DNA of 63,212 nt from a virus. Its lineage: Duplodnaviria > Caudoviricetes. The stretch spans positions 1 through 63,212 of the IMG/VR virus record IMGVR_UViG_3300012667_000136; one strand, written 5' to 3'. The position numbers and the translations under genes were made by a program. Of the stretch, positions 15,744 through 27,900 are shown one piece after another; the first letter of the stretch is position 1, and each line of letters opens with the position of its first letter. Below the pieces are notes generated by a model, which saw only the letters and a program-made list of their open reading frames with translations, was not told where the DNA came from and searched no databases.

Positions 15744-16880
15744 ATGGCATTATCCACAAACCCTTTGGCTAAGTTAGTATCCTCGGTATCATCACAAGTA
15801 GGAGCCGCAGCCGCATCAGCAGAGACTGCAATAAAATCCGTGAATTTCGATTCTCTTAAAGCAAATGTAGACTCTACAGTTGGCAGATTAGGTGGTGAAA
15901 TTGGTAGCGGATTGAACGGTGCAACGTCTGCAATGAATGAAATGGCAGGCAAAGCCGGCTCTGCATTAGCAGGTGCAAAATCTGCATTAGGCGGAGTAGG
16001 TAATCCAATACAAAGCCTAGCGTCAAATGCCACTGGATCACTTGCAGGAGCCGCCGCAGCACTAGGTGGTGCAGCTGGGTCTATTAGTAATGCTGGTGCA
16101 GCTATTGGTGCGAGTTTAAACAAATTAGGTTTAGCCAGTGGTGGTCTAGGCGGAGGACTTGCACAGATTGCTGGACAGATTTCCTCAGCAGCAGGAATGG
16201 TTAACAATCTTCTTAGTTTAGCTAGAGGCAAGAACTTACCTAGTGGTGCAGAGCTATTTAAACAGCAAGGAGCATTTGTCGAGTTGAAATCGGGCGCGGC
16301 AGATGATTGGCGAGTAAAGTTAAACTGTAATTTTGGACTGTTCGGCGGAGCATTTTCTAGGTTATCTGATACAGGCGGATTTGTTTGGCCCTACTTACCT
16401 TCTATCTCAGTAAGTTCCAAAGCCAATTACACACAAATCGATCCAGTACATAACATACAACCATTTTATGCTTACAAGAACAGTCAAATTGACGATATTC
16501 AAATAACTGGTGAATTTTCTGTAGAAAATGAAATGGATGCAGAGTACTGGATTCAAGCAACTACCTTCTTAAAGACAGCAACAAAGATGTTCTATGGTCA
16601 AGGAGCAAACGTAGGAAATCCTCCAGTGGTGTGTAACTTAACAGGCTACGGTGCTCGAGTTTTTAATAATGTTCCAGTTATAGTAAAAAGTTTTACCGTA
16701 GACTTTAAAGACGATGTAAATTATTTGAAGTATACAAAAGGTCCGACTCCTACTTGGGTTCCTATTATGTCAACAATTAGTGTTACTGTAGCCCCAATAT
16801 ATAACAGAACACGACTACGCCAGTTTGATTTAAAGACTTATGCTAACGGCGGAATGACCGGCGGCCAGGGAGTTCTATAA
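15744..16880 (+). CDS. Baseplate/tail-tube initiator-like protein (gp48/gp54-type fold) with Gly/Ala-rich N-terminus
   Basis: C-terminal WPYLPSI...GNPPVVCNLTGYG...VPVIVKSF..D pattern typical of tube-initiator proteins. It precedes the gp53-like gene. ATG at 15744 (track TTG at 15735). Confidence 0.55.
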   Translation: MALSTNPLAKLVSSVSSQVGAAAASAETAIKSVNFDSLKANVDSTVGRLGGEIGSGLNGATSAMNEMAGKAGSALAGAKSALGGVGNPIQSLASNATGSLAGAAAALGGAAGSISNAGAAIGASLNKLGLASGGLGGGLAQIAGQISSAAGMVNNLLSLARGKNLPSGAELFKQQGAFVELKSGAADDWRVKLNCNFGLFGGAFSRLSDTGGFVWPYLPSISVSSKANYTQIDPVHNIQPFYAYKNSQIDDIQITGEFSVENEMDAEYWIQATTFLKTATKMFYGQGANVGNPPVVCNLTGYGARVFNNVPVIVKSFTVDFKDDVNYLKYTKGPTPTWVPIMSTISVTVAPIYNRTRLRQFDLKTYANGGMTGGQGVL

Positions 16881-17179
16881 TGGCTAGATATAAAAAAACA
16901 TCACCGTACTATACAACCAAAGAAAATAATCTTTACTTAGAATTATTAACAATTCGTCCAGTACCTGCTGAAGCAGATGACTACGAATATAGGATCGAAA
17001 CTCAGTATAAACATCGCCCTGATCTATTAGCGTTTGACTTATATGGTAACTCGGCACTATGGTGGGTGTTTGTTCAGCGCAACATGAGCATACTAAAAGA
17101 CCCTATCTATGATTTTCAACCAGGTACTGTAATTTTCTGTCCTAAAAAATCAAACCTAGAAAAGTATATAGGAGTATAA
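16880..17179 (+). CDS. gp53: Baseplate wedge protein, gp53/LysM-like
   Basis: RPDLLAFDLYGNSALWWVF...N...DP motif. Confidence 0.8.
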   Translation: MARYKKTSPYYTTKENNLYLELLTIRPVPAEADDYEYRIETQYKHRPDLLAFDLYGNSALWWVFVQRNMSILKDPIYDFQPGTVIFCPKKSNLEKYIGV

Positions 17180-17180
17180 G

Positions 17181-19523
17181 ATGCCTCTATTTAAAGATCT
17201 AGGACAGACAGTCGGTAACCTTCTTCGCCCAGACGGCAATCCGATATCACAGGTTGCTAATGCAGTCAACGTTGGCATTGGTAGCGCAAGAAGTATTACC
17301 AATGCCATTTCGGAATCAGCAGCAACACTTAGTCTAAGTGCATTAAACAAAGTGCTACCGGATCCTACTAAGATCCCATTGATCAAGGCGTTTGCTTTTC
17401 AGAAGCCACCTGCCGGTGGCCCACCTTATCCTAACACACTGGAACAGTTTGCTTCCTACACGCCGCTGTGGACGTTATGTTGCCTGGAACCAAATCAATT
17501 CAACGATCCTAGAAAATATCGAGGCAACCCGGCATCTTTAAAACATGTGGTGTTATCATCGGCAGGCCGATACGACTCCGAAAGAGCAAATACTGCCTAC
17601 GGAGCTCCGGAATACTTTATTGACAACGTTTTAATGAGCGCACAACTAGGTGGATCAGCAAAGACTGGAAACACAAACGTTAGTAGCTTTACATTCGAAG
17701 TCTTCGAACCGTATTCGTTAGGATTATTTTTACAAAGTCTGCAAGCTGCTGCATTAGATGCTGGATATCCTTCCTATCTAAACGATACTCCTTATCTTCT
17801 AAAATTAGAATTTGCAGGATTCCAAGATAACGGAGCAATATTTGCATCTTCAGACGAGTTAACAAAATATTTTACAATTAAAATAACCAAGGTCGAGTTC
17901 AATGTAAACGAAGGTGGCAGCAAGTATAAAGTAGATGCTTCGCCATTCCACCATCAGGGATTCAGTGATGTTGTTAATAGTGTAACAACCGACGTTAAGA
18001 TTACAGGTATGACAGTAAATGAAGTGTTAACTTCTGGACCGCAGAGTTTGTGTACAGCATTGAACACAGTTCAATTAGAAAAAGTAGATACCGGACAGGC
18101 CGAAGTACCAGACTTGTATGAGATTGTATTTCCTGTTGATTCTAGCGACCCAGTTGGATTAAGCGATAATTCTGTAGCAGAAGTGTTAAAGGCTATGGCT
18201 GACCCGAACGCTACTAAGACACAACGTATTGAAGCAGTAGATAGAGAGCTTGCCCAGGAGAATTGGGGTGAAGGTGAGATTGGATTTTCTAGCATGGGCT
18301 TTTCTGAATCGTCTGGGGGAAATTACAACTTTAAATTAGAAGGCGATGTAATCGATGAAACAACTGGCAGGATTAAAAGAGACAGCATGTCGATTGATCC
18401 TAAACAGCGAGAGATTGTTTTTACACAAGGTACAAAGATTACAGAAATTATTAAGATGGTAGTGTTATCGTCTGAGTATTGTGTTGAGAAATTAAAAGGC
18501 GAAAAAATTGATAAAGGTATGATATCATGGTTTAGGATTGATGTACAAATTCAATTATTAGACTACGATAAAATTAGGAACGTTAGAGCTAAACGCTTCA
18601 TTTATAGAGTTGTTCCGTTTAAAGTTAGTGCTGCAATTTTTAAAAATCCTAGCTCTGTGTCTTCCGGTGAAAATGACATCCAACGAATTATTGCTAAACG
18701 TTATGATTATTTGTATTCAGGGCAAAATAACGATATTCTTAAATTTGACTTAACATTTAACGGTATGTTCTATACAGGCATTATGCCACGTCCTCCTAGT
18801 CAAAATGCAAATGTTTCAAACGCAGATCAACAGAACGCAGTTCCTGATCAAACACCACAAGCTCGAATTAAAACAGGTGACGCACCAAGTAGTGCAACAT
18901 CTGCATCGGGGTCACCTGCTGTAAAAGGCGACCCGAAAATGACAGCACCGAGTGCCTCGGGTGAGAAAACAGTAGGACAAATTATTGCAGACTCTTTCAA
19001 TAAAGCATTCCAGGCCAGCAGTGATCTAACTTCTGTAAAGATTGATATTTTAGGAGATTTGTATTTCTTATCAGACAGCGGAATTAATTCAAACCACCTT
19101 GCAGAATATGGTCCTAACGAACAAATTAATTCCGACGGTTCAATGAATTGGGAAGGCAGTCAAATATTTGTTTACATTACCTGGAGGAATCCGTTAGAAC
19201 CTAACCTAGGAACAACTGGACAAGGAGGGTTGATGGGATTTCCGGATGCGGGAGGGCCAACGCCTTTCAGTGGAATATATCATGTAAAGAGTGTTGAGAA
19301 TCGATTCTCTAATGGCACGTTCCAACAAACACTAGACTTGGCCCGTCAGGTTAATCAAGAAATTGATTACAAAGGTCAAGAATCAATTAATAAACAAAAT
19401 CAAACTATGTATGACACTTCTAGGGTTGAAACACCCAAGACAAGTCCTACCGATACACCGTCTGTATTATCAGATGCTGATATTGCAGCAAACAACGCCG
19501 CACTTGGCGATTTCATGGGGTAA
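17181..19523 (+). CDS. Baseplate hub protein (gp27/late control D-like)
   Basis: Lies between gp53 and gp5. C-terminal IDILGD...FSGIYHVKSVENRFSNGTFQQTLDLAR is a typical hub ending. Confidence 0.65.
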   Translation: MPLFKDLGQTVGNLLRPDGNPISQVANAVNVGIGSARSITNAISESAATLSLSALNKVLPDPTKIPLIKAFAFQKPPAGGPPYPNTLEQFASYTPLWTLCCLEPNQFNDPRKYRGNPASLKHVVLSSAGRYDSERANTAYGAPEYFIDNVLMSAQLGGSAKTGNTNVSSFTFEVFEPYSLGLFLQSLQAAALDAGYPSYLNDTPYLLKLEFAGFQDNGAIFASSDELTKYFTIKITKVEFNVNEGGSKYKVDASPFHHQGFSDVVNSVTTDVKITGMTVNEVLTSGPQSLCTALNTVQLEKVDTGQAEVPDLYEIVFPVDSSDPVGLSDNSVAEVLKAMADPNATKTQRIEAVDRELAQENWGEGEIGFSSMGFSESSGGNYNFKLEGDVIDETTGRIKRDSMSIDPKQREIVFTQGTKITEIIKMVVLSSEYCVEKLKGEKIDKGMISWFRIDVQIQLLDYDKIRNVRAKRFIYRVVPFKVSAAIFKNPSSVSSGENDIQRIIAKRYDYLYSGQNNDILKFDLTFNGMFYTGIMPRPPSQNANVSNADQQNAVPDQTPQARIKTGDAPSSATSASGSPAVKGDPKMTAPSASGEKTVGQIIADSFNKAFQASSDLTSVKIDILGDLYFLSDSGINSNHLAEYGPNEQINSDGSMNWEGSQIFVYITWRNPLEPNLGTTGQGGLMGFPDAGGPTPFSGIYHVKSVENRFSNGTFQQTLDLARQVNQEIDYKGQESINKQNQTMYDTSRVETPKTSPTDTPSVLSDADIAANNAALGDFMG

Positions 19524-19526
19524 TAA

Positions 19527-21083
19527 ATGGGACAAGAAACAAGAAGTCCAGTTAAAGAAGGCGAAGGTAAATTACCAACAGGTATAGTATCGGCAAAGGT
19601 AGTTGGATATTTAGATCCAACGTTTATGTCGGGCCTAATAGTTACCTTACTTCGAGAGAATGGCAATACGATTGGAGATTTAAATCAAACATTTCCAGTA
19701 AAATATGCGAGCCCATTCTACGGAGTAACTGGGTACGAATACATGGGAGTCAACGCCGGTGACTTCAACGACACTCAAAAAAGTTACGGTATGTGGTTTC
19801 CAACAGTTGAAATTGGAACAACTATTTTATGTGCATTCATTAATGGTAGTCCGGACAACGGATATTTTATTTCCTGTGTGCCTAGCAAATTTATGAATCA
19901 GATGATTCCGGCAATCGGCGGAACGACTGAGTATACTGCAAGTGCCGAACAAAAAAAGAAATACGACACTACAAATGCGTTGCCGGTTGCTGAAGTTAAT
20001 CGTAAGATACACAATCAAAATAGTCTTAATACTGACAAAATAAAAAAACCTATTCATCCTATTGCTGATAGATTTTTACAACAAGGATTGTTGGAAGACG
20101 ATGTTAGAGGAGTTCCCACTACTACCAGTAGACGAGACATTCCTAACTCTGTCTTTGGAATTTTAACACCGGGACCGTTTGATAGAGGCCCGGGATCTAA
20201 AAGTCAGTTCATTGGAACAAAACAAAGCCAAAGTCCTAAGCCTGTTCCTGTTAGTAGACTAGGTGGAACACAGATGGTATTTGACGACGGTGAAGATCGT
20301 TATCAAAGAAAAAAACCGGCAGGCGAAGGTCCAGTAGAGTATGCTGACGTAGAAAACGGAGAGAAAGGCGATAGTAATATTCCCTATAATGAATACTTTA
20401 GAGTTCGAACAAGAACCGGGCACCAGATCCTCTTGCACAATAGTGAAGATTTAATTTACATAGGCAATGCTAAAGGCACTACCTGGATTGAATTAACCAG
20501 TAACGGTAAAATAGATATCTATGCAGAAGATAGTATTAGTATCCACACTGAGAACGATTTGAATATTCGTGCAGACAGAGACATTAACTTTGAAGCAGGA
20601 CGAAATATCAATATGCGATCCGAAGCTGGAAGATTTCACGTTGATGTTGCTACAAATTTAGAATTAGTAGTTGGAGCTAATGGGTTAATAACAACCAAAG
20701 GCAACTTAGATGTAAACACCACAGGCAACAATAAAATTACTGCCGCTGGTACTCTTGATGTTAAGAGCGGCGGTGCTAGTAACTGGACTGCTGGTGGCGA
20801 CGTAGGAATTAATGCAGCCAATACTACTATTTCCGGAGGAGATATAAATCTCAACGGACCAGCAGCACCCACAGCAGCCGATGCAGCAATTGCAGAAGCT
20901 CTACAAACCCACGATAACATAGCAACTGGTTCTAGCGAAAAATGGGATGGCAAAAATAGGTACGCTAAGAAAGAACCAGTGAAGAGTATTATGAAACGTG
21001 TGCCTATGCACGAACCGTGGGCGCTACATGAAAACCAAGCACCTCAATTCTTTACTCCAACTAATACAGATAGGGATGCTTAA
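19527..21083 (+). CDS. gp5: Baseplate central spike, gp5/VgrG-like (OB fold plus beta-helix), no lysozyme domain evident
   Basis: SYGMWFP..IGT..LCAF..G, RTRTGHQILLH, repetitive beta-strand C-terminus, RVPMHEPWALHE. Confidence 0.8.
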   Translation: MGQETRSPVKEGEGKLPTGIVSAKVVGYLDPTFMSGLIVTLLRENGNTIGDLNQTFPVKYASPFYGVTGYEYMGVNAGDFNDTQKSYGMWFPTVEIGTTILCAFINGSPDNGYFISCVPSKFMNQMIPAIGGTTEYTASAEQKKKYDTTNALPVAEVNRKIHNQNSLNTDKIKKPIHPIADRFLQQGLLEDDVRGVPTTTSRRDIPNSVFGILTPGPFDRGPGSKSQFIGTKQSQSPKPVPVSRLGGTQMVFDDGEDRYQRKKPAGEGPVEYADVENGEKGDSNIPYNEYFRVRTRTGHQILLHNSEDLIYIGNAKGTTWIELTSNGKIDIYAEDSISIHTENDLNIRADRDINFEAGRNINMRSEAGRFHVDVATNLELVVGANGLITTKGNLDVNTTGNNKITAAGTLDVKSGGASNWTAGGDVGINAANTTISGGDINLNGPAAPTAADAAIAEALQTHDNIATGSSEKWDGKNRYAKKEPVKSIMKRVPMHEPWALHENQAPQFFTPTNTDRDA

Positions 21084-21085
21084 AA

Positions 21086-21520
21086 ATGGCTAAAATTTAC
21101 AACAAGAAATCAGTAGCTTCGTTAACAGCTAGTGTAACTGACAATCAGCAATCGTTTACATATAAAGGATTTAGTTCTAAAGAAACTAACAATTCTTTTA
21201 GATTAAATGATATCGACTTAGTTAAGCAAGATATTATAAATCACTTTTACATTAGAAAAGGTGAGAAGTTGATGAATCCAGAGTTCGGTACAGTGATATG
21301 GGATTTGCTTTTCGAACCATTTACAGAAGAAGTAAAAAAGCTAATAACTGATGACGTTGAAGCAATTATTAACTACGATCCTCGCATTGCAATTAACGGT
21401 GTAATTATTGATAGTACTGATATGGGAATACGCATTCAAGCAGATATTACATATTTGCCCTTTAATATTAACGAAAGAATGGCATTCGACTTTGATCGAG
21501 AAAACAATATTATAAAGTAA
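21086..21520 (+). CDS. gp25: Baseplate wedge protein gp25
   Basis: LVKQDIINHFYIRKGEKLMNPEFGTVIWDLLFEP...I..YDPR. Confidence 0.9.
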   Translation: MAKIYNKKSVASLTASVTDNQQSFTYKGFSSKETNNSFRLNDIDLVKQDIINHFYIRKGEKLMNPEFGTVIWDLLFEPFTEEVKKLITDDVEAIINYDPRIAINGVIIDSTDMGIRIQADITYLPFNINERMAFDFDRENNIIK

Positions 21521-21537
21521 GCACATAATTTTCTTGG

Positions 21538-21544
21538 TTAAATA
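21538..21544 (+). promoter_or_regulatory. T4-late-type promoter (TTAAATA)
   Basis: Intergenic, upstream of gp6. Confidence 0.55.
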
Positions 21545-21561
21545 CAAGATAGGATTAAAAA

Positions 21562-24500
21562 ATGACAACAAGCTCGAGACAAAACAACCTTATTTTAAAT
21601 GAAGACTGGACTAGAATATACCAGACATTTAAAAATGCTGACTTTAAAAGTTACGATTTTGAAAATCTTCGTCGCGTTATTATTTCCTATTTCCGTGAAA
21701 ATTATCCGGAAGACTTTAACGACTATATCGAGTCTAGTGAATACCTAGCACTAATTGACGCCATTGCATTCCTTGGGCAGAGTCTTGCGTTTCGTGTTGA
21801 TTTGGCTAGTCGAGAAAACTTTATTGAGCTTGCAGAACGTAAAGACAGCGTATTGCGTCTAGCGAGGATGTTGTCCTATAACGCCAAACGAAATGTCGCA
21901 TCAAAGGGCTTATTAAAGTTCGATACAGTTAGCACCACCGAATCTATTTTAGATAGCAACGGCAAGAATTTATCACAACAAACCATCGTCTGGAATGATC
22001 CAACAAACCAAAACTGGTCCGAGCAGTTTATCACGGTATTAAATGCAGCAATGTCTGACAACACCGAATTCGGCCGTAGTCAAGGAACTTCAACAATTGA
22101 AGGAATCCAAACAGATCAATACAGATTTAGGACAGCATCTTCTGATGTACCTATTTTTACATTTAGCAAAGTAGTAGCCGGACGTCAAATGCCGTTTGAA
22201 CTAGTGAGTACTAGTTTTAAAGGCCAAGAAGAAATATACGAAGAAGCGCCTACACCTGGAAATCAAATTGGGTTTATTTACAAAAATGACGGTCGTGGAG
22301 GCACTAGTGCTAACACTGGATTCTTCATGATGTTTAAACAAGGTAGTTTAGAATTAGCAGATTTTTCGATAGACATTCCAACAACTAACGAAGTTATTGC
22401 TATTGATAGTAATAACATTAATAATGACGACATCTGGTTATTTGCTCTAAGTTCTGCAGGAGTTCAGTTGAATCAATGGACTCAGGTCAGTAGTCTAGTA
22501 GGTAGTAATATTGCTTACAATAGTGTTAACTCTAGTATCAGAGATATCTATTCTGTAATTACAAAAGAAAATGATAGAGTTGATATCGCATTTGCTGACG
22601 GAGTTTACGGAAACCTCCCACAAGGTGCGTTTAGAGTCTATTACAGACTAAGCAATGGATTGGTTTATCAAATAGCACCTAACGAGATGCGCGGCATTAA
22701 TATTGCTATCCCATATGTTAACAAGCAAGGTGTAAGTCACACCCTTAATGTAACAATGAGTTTAAAATATACAGTGAGTAGTTCTTCTGCCACAGAAAGT
22801 CTTGCATCAATTCGTGCAAATGCACCTGCTCAATATTATACTCAGAACAGGATGGTAACTGGTGAAGATTACAATCTTGCACCCTTAACTACATCTCAAG
22901 ATATTCTAAAGATTAATGCTATTAATAGAACATCTAGTGGTATTAGTAGAAACTTTGAAATAATCGATGCTACTGGAAAATACAGTAGTGTTAATGTGTT
23001 TGCAGATGACGGGCTAATTTATAAAGAAGAAACCGAACGTTCTATTGCTTTCAAGTATACTAACAGAATCGAAATTTTAAACTTCATCAGAAACACGATA
23101 GAACCATCTGTAAATGATACCGATGTCTATAATTATTATGTTACTAAATTTGATAGAATTAGTTTTACTGATCAAAATACGTTGTGGAATCAATCTACAA
23201 CAGACGTAAACCTTTGTACCGGTTATTTTAATAATGCCGTGGATACTAACATAATTTTAAAGGTTGGTAACTATACTACCAGCACATTAAAATATATCTC
23301 TGTAGGAGCATTAGTTAAGTTTGTTCCGCCGGTATCTTCAGACGCCACAAAGAAGTATGTGTTTAATAAAGGTAAGTTATCGTTAGTTGCAATTGGTGCA
23401 AATAGCATTGATTACAGCGATCGTATTTGGACCAAAGTTATTAAGGTAACAGGCGACGGAACTAACGCCGGTAAAGGAGTGTTGACTTCTGGCTTGGGCG
23501 CTATACAGTTTAGCGATACAGTTCCTACTGGAGCAATTGCTACTCGTATTGTACCAAAATTTGCAACTAGTTTCTCGTTGGCATTAATTGCCGAGATAAC
23601 AAATCAGATGTCTAGTAATTTAAATTTCGGTCTAAGATACAGTGTTATTGATGCTGACTGGAAATTAATAACAAGTGCAAATTTAAACTTATTGAGTAAT
23701 TTTAGCCTAGGTAAAGCAGGAGACATTACAAATAGTAGCTTGGATGCCTCGTGGATAATTGCTTTTGTAAAAGAAGCTGACGAGTATGTTATTCGAATTC
23801 GCGGGCTTGATTACATCTTTGGCAGCATTGAACAGAATAGATTCTATTTTGATTCTAAGTCTAAAACATATGATGGAAAAACAGGCAAAGTCGTCAAGGA
23901 CCAAGTTAAAGTATTGGGCGTAAATCCTGATAGTAATTTATTGGATCCACTAAAGCAAGATATTAGATTTGAGATTAGTGATACTATTAGATTTGATGAT
24001 GGATATCAAAGTGTTGATAAAATTAAGATAGCATTCTTTGACAGCGACAGTGACGGTGTTATTGATAATCCAGATGCGTTTGAACAAATTGTTGGATTAG
24101 ATTTAGATTTGAATTACTTATTTTTTCAAGAAGTTACTGATACTTTAGGTAATAAAGTTAAGCAATATATTAACAACGATGATGGACATATTTCTATAGA
24201 ACAAAAAGAAAGCACTGTTAATGTTAATAATTTTAACGACGGTGATTTAATTTACTTCTGGAATAGTGACGAAGATCAAGTTAAGCGAGTTAACAGAACA
24301 ACTAACACACTTGAATTAGAAAGCACTTATTCTGCAAGTATTGGTCGAGCTGGATTAAAATTTCAATACATACACAATGCTAGTGTAGATCGTAGAATCG
24401 ATCCTAGTGCAAGTAACATTATGGATGTTTATATTTTAACAAGAAGTTATGATACCAGTTATAGAAATTATCTAGCTGGTGCAGTTGCAACAGAACCCGA

Positions 24501-24993
24501 AGCTCCTAACAGCGATAGTCTTCGCATTAGCTTTGGTACAAAATTAGGACAAATTAAAACAGTTAGCGATGAGATAATTTATCACCCTGTTCAATATAAA
24601 GTGTTATTTGGATCCATGGCAGATGCAAAGTTGCAGGCAAAATTTAAAATTGTAAAAAACCCTAATAAGTTAATCAATGATAATGATTTAAAAGTTAGAG
24701 TTATAAATGCAATCAATGAATTTTTTGATGTTAATAATTGGGACTTCGGTGACAGATTCTATGTCAGTGAATTGATAACCTATGTTATTAACACCGCCGC
24801 ACCTGATATATCAAACATGGTATTGGTACCTAGACAGCCTACACAAAGTTTCGGAAGTTTATTTGAAATACAAAGTAGAGTAGACGAGATATTTGTTAGT
24901 GGCGCAAGAGTAGACGACATTGAAATAGTGACTGCAATTTCTGCTACAGAAATCCGAGCAATCAGCAGCACAATAATTACAAGTACAAATTAA
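21562..24993 (+). CDS. gp6: Baseplate wedge protein gp6-like (extended)
   Basis: DFENLR...F.DY..SS...LID..A, ENFIELAERKDSVLRLARMLSY, FADGVYG..P, ESLASIRANAP..Y.TQNRMVTGEDY. Confidence 0.85.
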   Translation: MTTSSRQNNLILNEDWTRIYQTFKNADFKSYDFENLRRVIISYFRENYPEDFNDYIESSEYLALIDAIAFLGQSLAFRVDLASRENFIELAERKDSVLRLARMLSYNAKRNVASKGLLKFDTVSTTESILDSNGKNLSQQTIVWNDPTNQNWSEQFITVLNAAMSDNTEFGRSQGTSTIEGIQTDQYRFRTASSDVPIFTFSKVVAGRQMPFELVSTSFKGQEEIYEEAPTPGNQIGFIYKNDGRGGTSANTGFFMMFKQGSLELADFSIDIPTTNEVIAIDSNNINNDDIWLFALSSAGVQLNQWTQVSSLVGSNIAYNSVNSSIRDIYSVITKENDRVDIAFADGVYGNLPQGAFRVYYRLSNGLVYQIAPNEMRGINIAIPYVNKQGVSHTLNVTMSLKYTVSSSSATESLASIRANAPAQYYTQNRMVTGEDYNLAPLTTSQDILKINAINRTSSGISRNFEIIDATGKYSSVNVFADDGLIYKEETERSIAFKYTNRIEILNFIRNTIEPSVNDTDVYNYYVTKFDRISFTDQNTLWNQSTTDVNLCTGYFNNAVDTNIILKVGNYTTSTLKYISVGALVKFVPPVSSDATKKYVFNKGKLSLVAIGANSIDYSDRIWTKVIKVTGDGTNAGKGVLTSGLGAIQFSDTVPTGAIATRIVPKFATSFSLALIAEITNQMSSNLNFGLRYSVIDADWKLITSANLNLLSNFSLGKAGDITNSSLDASWIIAFVKEADEYVIRIRGLDYIFGSIEQNRFYFDSKSKTYDGKTGKVVKDQVKVLGVNPDSNLLDPLKQDIRFEISDTIRFDDGYQSVDKIKIAFFDSDSDGVIDNPDAFEQIVGLDLDLNYLFFQEVTDTLGNKVKQYINNDDGHISIEQKESTVNVNNFNDGDLIYFWNSDEDQVKRVNRTTNTLELESTYSASIGRAGLKFQYIHNASVDRRIDPSASNIMDVYILTRSYDTSYRNYLAGAVATEPEAPNSDSLRISFGTKLGQIKTVSDEIIYHPVQYKVLFGSMADAKLQAKFKIVKNPNKLINDNDLKVRVINAINEFFDVNNWDFGDRFYVSELITYVINTAAPDISNMVLVPRQPTQSFGSLFEIQSRVDEIFVSGARVDDIEIVTAISATEIRAISSTIITSTN

Positions 24994-24994
24994 T

Positions 24995-27900
24995 ATGGCA
25001 CAAGAAAATTTCCCAGACAGTCAATTACCGATCAGAAGAACCGTAGAATTATTACCGCAAGTTTTTCAAACTGAGGCAAATAAAAAGTTTTTATCGGCGG
25101 TACTTGACCCGCTAGTTCAACCGGGCGTATTACAGAAAACTGTAGGATATGTCGGTCGTCGCTACGGAAAAACTTATAATGCTAGTGACATCTATTTGGA
25201 CACTGACGAAACTTTAAGAAGTCGTTATCAACTAGAACCGGGTGTTGTTATTACTCAAAATAACACAGTTACTAATTTCTACGATTATCTTGATTTTAAG
25301 AATCAAATTAAATTCTTTGGAAATAAAGAAGAGTTTGATGCAACAATAACAGCACAAGAACACTATTCCTGGAATCCCCCAATTGATTGGGATAAGTTCA
25401 TTAACTACCGCGAATACTATTGGGTACCCGACGGCCCTCCTGCGGTGAAGATTTTAGGACAAGATCAAAATATTGTTAGCACCTACAAGATAGGTCTAGG
25501 AGTCGGCAGTGTCTTCTTGTTTACTCCTGACGGTCTAACAAATAACCCTGCGTTGACTCTGTATAGAGGTCAAACATATAAGTTCCAAGTAAATGTTCCA
25601 GGTAATGGTATTACTTTTAAAACAGCAATTGATACAGGTACGTTGTTGTACAATCCGTTAGTTGCATATTCTAAAGGGCAACTTACTGTTTTTAACAACC
25701 AACTATGGAGAGCATTAGATAATATACCGCTCGGCGACGGAAGTACAATCGACTTAGCTACTCAAGATTGGGAATTTGTAGATGACCTTCAAATGACAAC
25801 CGTGTTGAATTATGATAAAGGAGTCACTAATAATGGCGCCGAAACAGGCACTATAACATTTGAAGTTCCATTAGATGCACCTGATGTATTGTTCTATCAG
25901 AGTGCTACTGATCCTAACAGATTTGGCAGATTTATAATTTCTAATATCGAGACTAATACTAAAATTAATGTTGAGAAAGAGATTATTGGAAAAGAAACAT
26001 ACACCAGCAGTAACGGTGTTGAGTTATCTAACGGCATGGTTATCTATTTTATCGGATTAGTAACACCTGCCAAATATGCTGATAACAACACTAAGTGGTT
26101 AGTTGAAGGTGTAGGCACACAGATAACGTTAACTAAGTTTACAGATCTAATTGTATCTGAAAATTTAAATAACACAGCAGCAGAAGTTTTGTTTGACAAC
26201 GGAGGATTCGACAGCCAACCATACGACGATGCTGCGGCATATCCAGCATCTAAAGATTATATCACGATTAACAAATCTAGTATAGATTCTAATCCGTGGA
26301 GTCGTTATAACCGTTGGTTCCACAGATCAACATTAGATTATTCTCATTCGTTTAACGGTAGTAATTTTGAAGCACCTGAATCAACAAGAGCTAAACGACC
26401 TGTAATCGAGTTTAAACCTAATCTACAATTGTTTAATCACGGTAGTACTGCAAAACAAACAGTTGATTATGTTGATGATTTTACCACAGATGTATTTTCA
26501 GTTGTAGAAGGCAGTCTAGGATATATTGTTGACGGTGAAAGTTTATTTGACGGCGCACGAGTGCTAGTCACAGCAGATACAGATAGTCTTACGAATAATC
26601 AAATTTACGTTGTTAACTTTATCAAGCACAACAATGTAACACAAATTAATTTAAAGAAATCTGATGATTCTGAATCTCTGCTAGGAGAATGTGTTCTTGT
26701 TAGACGAGGCAATAACAATAAAGGATCAATGTTCCACTTTAACGGAACAATGTGGGTTAAGAGCCAGGCAAAGACAGCTATTAACCAACCGCCTATGTTT
26801 GACATGTTTGACAATAACGGTGTTAGTTTTTCTGATGCTGATACCTATCCTGTAAGTTCGTTTGTTGGAACTAAGGTACTAAGCTACAAGCTCGGTTCGA
26901 GTGTTGTGGATTCTGAATTAGGTTTTAGTTTATCTTACCTTAACATCAATAATGTAGGCGATATTCAATTTGAATTTGACTTAGATGCTGATTCGTTTAA
27001 TTACAAAATACAACAGTCGGTATACACAAAAAATATCTCTACAGGATTTTTAAAGTTTAACGGCATTGAAACATACAACAACGGTTGGACAGTCTTAGAC
27101 ACTGACCTAACTCAGCCTATTATTGATTCGATAGCAGTAACTTCTGCATCGAATGTAATAACATCTACCGCAGTTGACTGGGATAATGTAACTGACTCAC
27201 AAATTAAGAAAATAGTGTTTTATGTTAATGGAGTAGTAACAAAGAAGACCTGGACTAGATTAAATGGCACATTTACATTTAGCAGCAACTTTGCCGAAGG
27301 CGATGTTGTTACTATTAAGATATTTGCTGACTTAGATCCTGTAACAGGATACTATGAGATTCCGTTAGGGCTTGAAAAGAATCCACTAAATGAAAAAATT
27401 AAAACGTTCACATTGGGCCAAGCAGCAGATCATGTGTTGTCTGGTGTTGAATTAATTGATAACTTTTCTGGAATTTATCCAGGCGCTAGTAACCTTAGAG
27501 ATATCTCAGGGTACGAGTCGAAGTCAAAGCGATTCTTAAAACACAGCAACATAGCACCGATCGCTATGGTACTATTGTGTGATAAAGAAGTTAACATTGT
27601 AAAATCTATTCAATATGCTAAGAAGGCATACACAGATTTTAAAAATACATTTATTGATTTAGCATATACACAATACTACGATCAAAATAGTATTGATTAT
27701 GTAGATACTATCCTAGAAGAAATAAGCAAGACACAAAATTCTAGTCGCCCATTTTCCGAATCGGATATGATCGGCAGTGGAGCATACACTGAATTAAACT
27801 ACGTGGTAGAAGACGAAGGCATCAAGACATTTGCATTATCGGAGAAGTTTGATCTAGAAACTCTAAGTTCTCGAGCTGTGTATGTCTACTACAATGACAC

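Noticed and set aside
15680-16231. 183-aa minus-strand ORF
   Set aside because: Antisense shadow of the Gly/Ala-rich plus-strand gene.
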